64,000 nt of DNA from Torpedo marmorata (lineage: Eukaryota): assembly GCA_977017645.1 (NCBI GenBank), contig OZ360241.1, positions 34,100,001-34,164,000 of the forward strand, written 5' to 3'. This document shows, in pieces, positions 1 through 10,400 of this stretch. Position 1 is the first letter of the stretch. Each line of letters begins with the position of its first letter. The position numbers and the translations under genes were made by a program. Below the pieces are notes generated by a model. That model searched no databases. It was given only the letters and a program-made list of their open reading frames with translations, and was not told where the DNA came from.

Positions 1-1381
1 TCCATCAACCATCCCCTTCTTGCATGACTTCCCCATGCATCTGCAGGAGCTGGAACTCATCAGTTCCCACAGTGTTATGACCAACAGTCCTTTCAGAAAA
101 AGCACCCTTTCACTGCATGGGATGTGGTACATGTACATAACGAGTCATACTGCAGAACTTAATATTGCATTGACCAATTTCAAATAATTTTTAATTGTCA
201 GCAAAGGGCCGTTTTTCTAAACCATAACAGCACCACTCATGTCGGTATGTTAGATGACAATGTCTGGGTGAACTCACTATGATCTGCAAACTGCGAACTT
301 GAAGGAAGTTGCTTGGAGAGAGTGGGAAAGCAGAGAAAGTCAAAATGGAGGTCTCTGACATGGTCAATGAGTCAGAGATGAGGATAGGTGTCAATGACAT
401 CCCAGATGAAATAATGGAAAATTGCACCTGAAAAACTGTATTAATGGTGAGGTATGGTCACTCCCTTGACAAATAATTCACATTTTGCACCATTGCTTTC
501 AGTTATTGAGAAGCACACTTTGAAATAAATTAGGAATAAAATTGCCATCATTTATTTGGCGGGGGATTTGATGACAAGATCATCTATCAAATTTTGAAAT
601 AAAAAATGAGCAGATAGACACCACACTATGTAAACAGTCAGACAGGTGCCATTCACGAGCTCCTGGAAAAAAGATTTTAGTGATTTTTGAACATTTTAGG
701 ATTCTACAAATTACACTGGCCAACATTTTTTTTCAAAAGGTTTAGTTCCTGAAAAATGATAGACAACCTCAAGCTGAACACAAAGATAATTTCAGATTTG
801 CTGTATCATGAAATAAGTTGCAGAAACATTAAATTAACTTTTATTGAATTTAGCATGTTTAATTACATAATGATGCTGACACATTGCATTTGTTCAACTG
901 ACCTAAAAATATTTTGGCGCTGATTTTCGTTTGTACTCAGCATCTGATGCCTCTCGTGTCAGTGTCCAAAAATAGGCTTGCATTGATGGATTCCAGTTGC
1001 CCTGATACTGCTTTTCATGGTCGCAATGTCCTGGTGAAACGTTTCACCATGTTCGTCACTGACTGCACCAAGATCAGCAGGGAAAAAGTCCAAGTGCAAA
1101 TGCAGAAAATTAATTTTCAGTGATATATTGCACTTCATGGTTTTGTATGTTTGAAGCATCACTGAAAATATGACAGGAAATCACAAAATTGAGTTATAAC
1201 TAAAGTACATGACAGTAAAGTTTTAAGGTAATTTTCTTCATCAGCAGCCCAAAATCCATAAAATACACCCAAAAGTGTTCTGGATGCAAAATCTTCGTTG
1301 TCCAGTGTTAATAAAAATGTCATGGTTTTTGAATACTTCAAATAATATTTTTGAATTCATTTTGTAAAACTTTCTTCATAG

Positions 1382-1432
1382 AGCCACCAATTGTTCCTGA
1401 AAGTAACAAGCCAATTGGTCAAGAGAAACCAG
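1382..1432 (+). CDS. 51-nt linker exon (EPPIVPESNKPIGQEKP) before the divergent SEA module
   Basis: tttcttcatag|AGCCACCA...AAACCAG|gtaatt; phase 1-1, open, Pro-rich, in frame with the exon at 2104. Confidence 0.7.
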
Positions 1433-4400
1433 GTAATTCAACTGCAACCTCCTCTCATATCTAATACATGAAGATGTCAAGTTCAGAAATCTGACTGAAG
1501 CATTTGTACTTCATAAAGAAATGCTTAAAATCGCAACAATATTGGTGTAGACGACAAACTATTATTACATAGAGAGTCAGGTAGTGAATGGTAGGGATTG
1601 TATCTGCCAGTCGGTGACGCGTTGCCTTGCAAGTGATTGGGGTGGGCAATTGAAAACAACCTCTGGAAAACAACAGCCAAAACATAAATTTGCTTGACAT
1701 TTCAAAATGAAAAGCAATAGAATGTTTTAATGATGAAAACAACAATGTTGATGAGCATTGATATTTAGAACTTAGTCTTAGACCATAAGAAATACATGAA
1801 TTCAAAAACATGCCGACTGAATAAAAAACATTTGTTGACAAAAAAAAGCAATGTACACATCTACTTCTTATCATTTCTGCCAGGCACGATGATTACATGT
1901 AAATGCTGCTGTCTGTGCCATCCTGCAGAATTTTACTCAATAGATGAAGCAAATATGTTTGAGAAAATATTTATGAATATCTTAATGAGATGTTTAAGCT
2001 GGGCAGCATTCCATCAATGTGAAACAGATCTTAAAATATGATACATGGTGTTCAGAAAATGGTGGTAACACCAAGTACCAAATTGTGTCTTCTATTTCCA
2101 CAGTTCCAACTGAAAAACCAAGAGCTATTAATCACAATGTAACTTTCACTGTAAAGAAACCAAAATTTGAAGAAATTCAAACAAACTCCCCGAAAGAGGC
2201 TTTCAGGATTCTAGCTGAGGTGAGGCAGTTGGACAACGTTGGTTTCTGGTCAAATATTACCTCATTGTTGTACTTTGTATTCCTTCAACTGACATGAACT
2301 TTGTTGTTGCCCACAGCTCACTGACCTCTTCAAGAACAGCAATATCAATGAAACATTTTTACAATGTGACCTACACTCAATCAGGTAATTTATAATAAGT
2401 GTTCTATTGTATGTGTAAAAATAATTTCTGATAACATCCCATTGTAAAGACACTGCCAGGTGCAGAACATGCAATATACAAGAATCTCAAAGTGGCATCA
2501 GGGCTGAGTACATGTGATTTCTAATGGAAGTGTGCACTGACCATTCCATCATTTGTCAAAATTCACGACCAGCAACATCCTTACTATGCTCTTGCTCTCC
2601 CTGCAATCAACTCTGCTCTTAAGCCTTTAACATTGATACCAAACTTCTTTTGACATTCTGCAGGTCGGCAGTGGGTGACAGCACCAGAGTGACAGCAAAT
2701 TGTTCATTCAACAATGAGTCTCCCAAGGAAGGCATCGACAAGCAACGGATTTATAACGTCTTTCAAGACAAGACCAATGACAGTTCCACACTAGGGACAT
2801 ATGAATTGCTTGGCTATAGCCTCTATGTTGATGGTACTTATCCATATTTTCCTCAGTGTTTCTCTTTGCATTGTCCCACACACAGTCTCCACGAACTGCT
2901 GACTTGTAGCCGGCAGATCACCACAATCAGGTGCAAGGCAACAAATGCACACAAGTTCCTGAGGAGCTCAACTGGGGACTGTTGGGGCCACGGGTGAGTC
3001 CTGGATAGAGCAGTCATTTATTCAACAGAAAGCATGGGCATGATAGAGGAAACAGTGGAAGTTATGAATGTGCAGCCAGGGCAACTTGTGGATTTTGGGA
3101 CACATTCATGGATAGACCTGAAAACAATGGTATTTGCAAATTCTTGTGTTGTTTGAAAATTTCAGTGTACATAAAATTTAAGATAGACTTTGATTCTTGA
3201 TTAAGACCTCCCACCTGAAAGATTTACCAATCACATTAATTGACACTCTGCATGAAACAAGACACAAACACACAACCATTAATCCCCATCTCATCAGCTC
3301 AGCATTGAGCATGGCCTTTGTCCAGAGACACCAGCATGCGGCCTTCCATTTCAGATCCACTTACACACAGACTTCCAGGTGCATTCCCACTCCAGTTTAC
3401 AATGGCTGATTTCAAATGGCTCACAGTCAATATTTCTCCAACTTTCATCACCGATCAACTCTTACGGGCTTCGACACGAACAATTTAGATACACCACTGA
3501 GAGAATATCGTCCCCTTTTGCAAATAAAGTTTAAGTTAATTCAAAGTCTTGCTTTTTAGGATGAGCCTTCCACACTAACTCTCTGCTTCAAACACGTGAC
3601 GCCCCACAAAAGTTTCTGTCTTCCTCACAAGTGTTGAATGAGCAAGTCAAAATCACATTCCTTGCAACAAGGGTAAAAATGAGGCAGCATGTAGGTAAAC
3701 TCATGCAAATAGCACAGCACCCAATGTTGAATAACAAAGTCCTTTATCACTGTTATTTGACATAAAAGAGGAGACATGATTTTTCTCTCTATTAATGCTG
3801 CACGTGGAATTGCAGTGTGAATTTCTGATCACTCAATCTTTCCTTCTTTTCCAGGCTATGGCATGGCGCCCATTGGTGAGTGTGGGTTTCAATTGTATTT
3901 TACACCGTTCTCGATGTTCGTTATAGTTGCACCAAACTATTTCAGCAATATTGTTATTTCATGTCGGTGAATCGAAGAGTCATGCTTTGATAAACATCTT
4001 CAGAGAAACGCACTGCACTGAGAGCACTGCACTGTTTAACTCCACTTTTTCTCTTTAACTCTATACCCTGCACTTTTGGCTTATGGGACATTATACCCCA
4101 TACATTTGTTTTATTGTATCATTGTATACGTTTGTTTTATTGTATCACCATGTTTTTATTCTTACACAACCTACTGGACAATCTAGGAGGTTGACTTGCC
4201 TGGATAGCACGCAAAACAACCTTTTCGCTGTATCTTTTTAAATGTGACAATAAACAATTCAATTCAATCTCTGCCTCCATCCATCCCACCTCACGTCAGT
4301 CTGATCTATACTGTACTGATGTTTCACCAACATTAGCTCTTGCTATGCAACCCCTCAATATTAATATTGTCACCTTGTTTGCAAAGAATTCCAAGGTCTC

Positions 4401-7400
4401 ACCCCTCACAATCTCCTAGACCATTTCTGCCCTTTAACCCTCCTAGATTTCTTACACTTTAATTGTAACAGTGAATATTTATTTATCTATCCTTTTAAAT
4501 TTATTATCACTTTTTCTGCCGTAGCATTTTGTGGTAAGTCAATTTATATTATTGTTGTTGGTGAATCTTACATATTTATTTGGATGCAGCAAGTAAGAAT
4601 TTCAGTGCATCTGTACATTGTACTTGTGTAAATGACAATAGATTCTCATCTCATTTTCTGTCACCTCCTTTTATTCTGGATTATATCACAAAGTAATTGT
4701 TCCCCTGATGTGGAATGTAGAGAACTGAAGTTCAGTAATTCCCTCTCAAAACCTGCTCACATCTCTTCCTTTCTCTGCCTTTCTCTTCCAAAGACATGGT
4801 CTTAAGGAAGAAGTGTCTACAGTAATTCTGTAAGACTGTTAAACATGTTAGACCAGACAGATTGATCCTGGGTCCTGATAAGACTGATTGCATTAATCTT
4901 GTTAAAACACTGTTAAGTATGGTAAAATTTATCCGACACCTCCTATTGACGAATTCATCAGACAATTAATGAGGAATGTAAAAACAATTAAAACAGCATG
5001 TTTGCTTTCTACTGTATAAATGTGAACTTGTAACTGCTGAAATTTAGAGTTGGTGGTAGTTCAGACTAACAAACTCGAGGAGCGAAACTCGAAGTATCTG
5101 TTTTTGAGTTAATTTCTGCGACAATTAATTTCAGTTTTGTAACAAAACGTAAATCACGAAAATCTGTAGACACAGTGGTTGAAGTAAAAACACAAAATGC
5201 TGGAGAGGTCAGCAGGTCAAACAGTGTCCAATATGTAGCAAAGGTAAAGACACATAACCGACATTTTGAATTGAGCCATTCATCAAAGTATGAGAAAATG
5301 CCAGCAGCCACCCGAATAAATACCTTTGCTACATAAATAAAAATGTTTGACCTGCTGAGCTTCTCCAGCTTTTTGTGTTTTTACTGAGTTTTGTAACAAG
5401 TGCACAAAGTCTTGTTGGTTTGATAGAATTAGTGCACCAAATGTAGAAAGTGTTTGACATCAGCTTCAGGACAGCTGTAATTAATGGCATGATGCTGTTG
5501 TCTTTTCAGATTATCATGAATCAACACCTACAACCAGTGAGAATAATTTGTGTTGCTTTCATGTATTAATGCTTCCATACTTTCATTTAAGCAGCAATCC
5601 TGATTGATGATGTATGTTGTTTCCCCTTATAGCTCCATGTGAATTGGATTTTGCTCTCTTGTGTGTCGAACAACCATTCAGTTAGATTATAGTTTGAAAG
5701 TGCCAAACAAAGCAGCAATGCAACAAGGTTGCTAATTTCATTTTTCTTTTTGGCAGAAGTACCAAATAAAAGTGAATATCCTGAATTTAATGTGACCTTC
5801 ACTATAACAAACTTGCCCTGCATGGAGTCACTTCAGAACCCGGCGACACCCTTGTTCCAATCAACTTCACAAACAATTACTAAACAGGTAAATGATCAAA
5901 GCTATATTCATTAAAATTACTTAATCGTCATTTAATATACCGGTATTCAGCTCATTGACATTCTCAAAATATCTTTCTTTCAGCTCACTAACCTACTAAA
6001 TAACAGCGTTATAAATACAACTTTTATAGCCTGCAACACAATCTCCTTCAGGTGAGAAATATACATTATTTTCCTCATTGTTCAATTAACTAATCTATCC
6101 AATAAGCGTCAGGATGGAGGGATCCATCATGTGTTCGGACCTGAAACGTTGACTGACCACATCTCTCCATGGATGCTGCCTGACCCACGGAGTCCCTCCA
6201 GCTCCTCTTTGTTCACTCAAGATTCCAGCAACTGCAGTGTTTGTGCATCTCTTCATCAGGAATCTCATCCTTGTCTCGGTGTTTCATTCTGTACAATTAT
6301 TTTGTTTCATTTCATTTACTTTCTCCCATGTGTTTGACCTGACTTCTCTGAAATTTCACTCCTCTCTTAAATGATTGATTGCTTCAGAATTAATTATCAT
6401 TTCTGGATTTACTTTCCAATCTTTAATATAACTTTAAAATATTTCTCCAACTGCTTCCTTTACATATTTCCAAATGTTCCTACATTAACAATTTTCATTA
6501 ATAAATTCAAAATCGGATGCATGCCACATTAATATTTACTTTCCTGCCTCCAAGGGACATTAAAAACTTCCAGCTTAGCATTTTTTTTTCATCAGACTCT
6601 GCTACTTACTCCAACTTTCTCTTTCAAATACCATACTTTTTATTATTGAATGTTATTTTTAATAGATTGCAAATTTCTAGTTATAATTAAGCTTTTATAT
6701 TTATTTTTGACTTTTAAGTTAACATTTTAAATTTTGGTTTAAGTTAGCGTTTAAATTCACTGGTACCATATCTCCATATCATTTATAAAGTGATCCAATT
6801 ATAATAATTAGCATTACTGTAACAGCAAATTTAAATCAGGGCTCATGAAAAATAGAGAACTCCAAATGTGATAAATCTGAAATAAAAATTGAGCATGTTT
6901 AAACAGTCAACAGATCAAGTAACACATGTGGAAAGAGAAAAGAAAGATCTTCCACCTGACATGCAATGCGAAAAAGTGCTGGAGAAACACAGCAGGTCAC
7001 GCAGAATCCATGTGAAGTAAAGTGTAAACAATGTTTCAGGCCTGGGCCCTTCATCAGGAATCGTTGGTTACCCGTTTCTTTCTTTGGATGCTGTGTGGCC
7101 TGCTGAGTTTGCGTTCTGCACTCAATTCCAGCATCCGCAGATTTTCTTGTTTCGCCCCAATCTTCCACCTGAAGCATTTTTCCACAGATGTTGCTGTGTT
7201 TCCAGCATTTTTGGTTTTATTATAAAACATGGCCATATTTGAGAATATAACCAGTGTATCATAATGACATCTTTATTCCCACAATCAGTAATGATCTATC
7301 CACTAAGCCATCAGATTTTGTGCATAAAATTGTCAAATATTTAAGTTATGAAAACCATCCTTAAATAAAATCAACCACCTATGAAGTGCATGAATGTAAT

Positions 7401-10400
7401 TAGTTAAATAATTTTCATTTTAATATCCTCCAGTTTTTCCTATATTTCATAATTATCATAATCACCAATTCTGATGAAGTCTCCTTCACCAGAAGTGCTG
7501 TTTCTCTTCCCTCTGCTGCTGTCTGACCTGCGAACTAAAAGAGTGCAGCATTTTCTGTTTTAGTTTTCCAGGATCTACAGTTTTATGCTCCAAATAAAAT
7601 GTTCTTGTTTGGCAGTGCTACAAGCAGTCACAAGACCAAAGTGCATGCAGTCTGTACATTCAACAATACTTCTGCTGCGGAGAATGTGGATAGAGTAATG
7701 GTGTATCATCAGATCAGTAACAAGACAAAGAACATCAGTGTTTTGGGACCCTATACTCTGGACAACAACAGCCTCCATGTAAATGGTACGAAATACCTGG
7801 TCTTTTTTTGCATTATATCCTGGAAACCATATTGTAACCTCAGATAATATATTAATGTGTTGAATCATTTTTACTCTTATATTTCCAAATGGAATTCTTG
7901 CATTAATCAGTGATCCTTAATTCCAGACTCCGTAACCAGCAAAAACATTTCCTAACCATTCCATGAGTCCTCCTACTGCCTTGATATGGCAATCACATCA
8001 AACCTTGACCTTTTTGTTTGTGTAATCTCTATCTATAAACTAACCCCAGAAGTCAGGTTTCATTCCAGTAAAAATGTGTTTTTTCCCAATCAAGGTGAAT
8101 ATAACCCTGAATATAACTTTTGCAAGGTGTAGTTAGTGTTTTCAAAAATCTCGGCATTGTCCAACCATGGATTTGCACAATAAAGCACAACTTCTATCCC
8201 CTGTGTTCTAGTTTTTTGCATATAAAAGTATCACTGGCCTTACCTCTTATTATCTGTTCTTGCCCATAACATTTGAAGTAGGGCTGAGGTAGATGAACAA
8301 CAAAACAATACTGCTGCAGAGAAGGTGGATGGAGTTACCTTGTACCATCAGTTCAGTAGCAACACAGAGAACATCATGAAATATGGATCTTATATTCTGA
8401 ATGAAAATAGTCTCGACGTAGATAGTACGAAATTTCTTATCATTCTACATATTACAGCAAAGCTTGTTCCAGAATATGTCCAGCAATGTGCCTTTCATTA
8501 AACTGTGTGCTGATTTGGTAGTGTTACCTTCCAACTGAATCCCCTTGAATTCCACTTCCCCACTGGGAGTGCAGTGCTGCATTATTCGTGTGAAAGAAAG
8601 GGCTAGTGCAGGTTGGGAAACTTGACTTTTACAAGCAAACTGAATTAAAAACTACTGATGCCAGCTGAGAGCAACGTTCAGTATAAGCAAAGTTGCGAGA
8701 GTTTCCAATAAACAAGACTGGTACCCCGTTTACACAGAGATCCCACTTAGTTGCATGTGAACGACCCGTGTTTAAAGCCAGGTCGGGTCGTACACACTTA
8801 ATGAAGGAAAGCTGGGTCAGTGCGACCATTTACTTAGCAACACGGCATCCGGAGCAAAAGGAGGTGGGACCTGCAGCATTACAGCGTCGGTGTCCTGTGT
8901 GATGTATAACGTACGCGCCGGGCAGTGACCTCGTCGCGACCTCGTTACTGCCGTTTTAAGTTTGAATCTCTCGCTGGTATGTCGTACACATTCAACGTCA
9001 TCAATGTGTCACAGCCTGCGAAATACATCGGCTCTGATACTACCTACCTTGGCGGGTAATACACGGGATGAAAATGACCTCCCATCCCGCGTTTGTTGTG
9101 TTCACACAGTTAAGTGAAACGGTTAAAAGGCAGTTAATTCCCGTCTTTTAACGGCTGTGTAAAAGGGGTATCGGTCTTAAGGAAGAAGTGTCTACATTAA
9201 TTCTGTAAGACTGTTGAACATGTGAGACCAGACTGATTGATCATGGTTCCTAATAAGACTGATTACATTAATCTTGTTCAAACACTGTGAAGTATGGTGA
9301 AAGACTGATTGAGTTAACCCATTGAAAAATTCATCAGACACCTCCTATTGACGAATTCATCAGACACTTCATAAGGAATGTAAAAACAATTAAACCAGCT
9401 TGTCTGCTTTCTACTGTACAATATAAAAATGAACTTGTAACTGCTGAAATTTAGAGTTGGTGGTGGTTTAGGCCACTGCAGGCTCTCCATGATATCATTT
9501 TAATAAACTCGAGGAGCGAACCTCGATGTATATGTTTTTGAGTGAATTTGTGCAACAATTCATTTGAGCTTTTTAACATGTGCACAAAGTCTTCTTGGTT
9601 TGATAGAATTAGTGCACCAAATGTAGAAAGTGTTTGACATCAGATTCAGGACAGCTGTAATTAATGGCATAATGCTGTTGTCTTTTCAGATTATCATGAA
9701 TCAACACCTACAACCAGTGAGTATGATTTGTGTTGCTTTCATGTATTAATGCTTCCATACTTTCATTTAAGCAGCAATCCTGATTGATGATGTATGTTGT
9801 TTCCCCTTATAGCTCCATGTGAATTGGATTTTGCTCTCTTGTGTGTCGAACAACCATTCAGTTAGATTATAGTTTGAAAGTGCCAAACAAAGCCGCAATG
9901 CAACAAGGTTGCTAATTTCATTTTTCTTTTTGGCAGAAGTACCAAATAAAAGTGAATCTCCTGAATTTAATGTGACCTTCACTATAACAAACTTGCCCTA
10001 CATGGAGTCACTTCAGAACCCGGCGACACCCTTGTTCCAATCAACTTCACAAACAATTACTGAACAGGTAAATAAATGATCAAAGCAATATTCATTAAAA
10101 TTAATCGTCATTTAATATATTCAGCTCATTGACATTCTCAAAATATCTTTCTTTCAGCTCACTAACCTACTTAATAACAGCGATATAAATACAACTTTTA
10201 TAGACTGCAACACAATCTCCTTCAGGTGAGAAATATGCATTATCTTCCTCATTGTTCAATTAACTAATCTATCCAATAAGCGTCAGGATGGAGGGATCCA
10301 TCATGTGTTCGGATCTGAAACGTTGACTGACCACATCTCTCCATGGATGCTGCCTGACCCACGGAGTCCCTCCAGCTCCTCTTTGTTCACTCAAGATTCC

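Noticed and set aside
1-1380. Further upstream exons or ORFs (191-427, 914-1123 and others)
   Set aside because: No SEA or mucin motif and no convincing phase-compatible splice pair was found by eye.
4525-4533. Possible 9-nt microexon (gtag|CATTTTGTG|gtaagt)
   Set aside because: Splice-like signals are present, but it lies in repeat-like intronic sequence, has no counterpart in other modules and has no transcript support.
5632-5637. Strong-looking acceptor ttccccttatag in the A-B intron with a 6-nt candidate exon
   Set aside because: Weak donor, and inclusion would create T+AA (stop) at the exon B junction.
9329-9367. Short direct repeat aattcatcagacac x2 as the cause of the 533-bp deletion
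   Set aside because: The right breakpoint falls between the two copies, but the left breakpoint (8813/8814) has no such motif; only 2-bp CT microhomology is shared.
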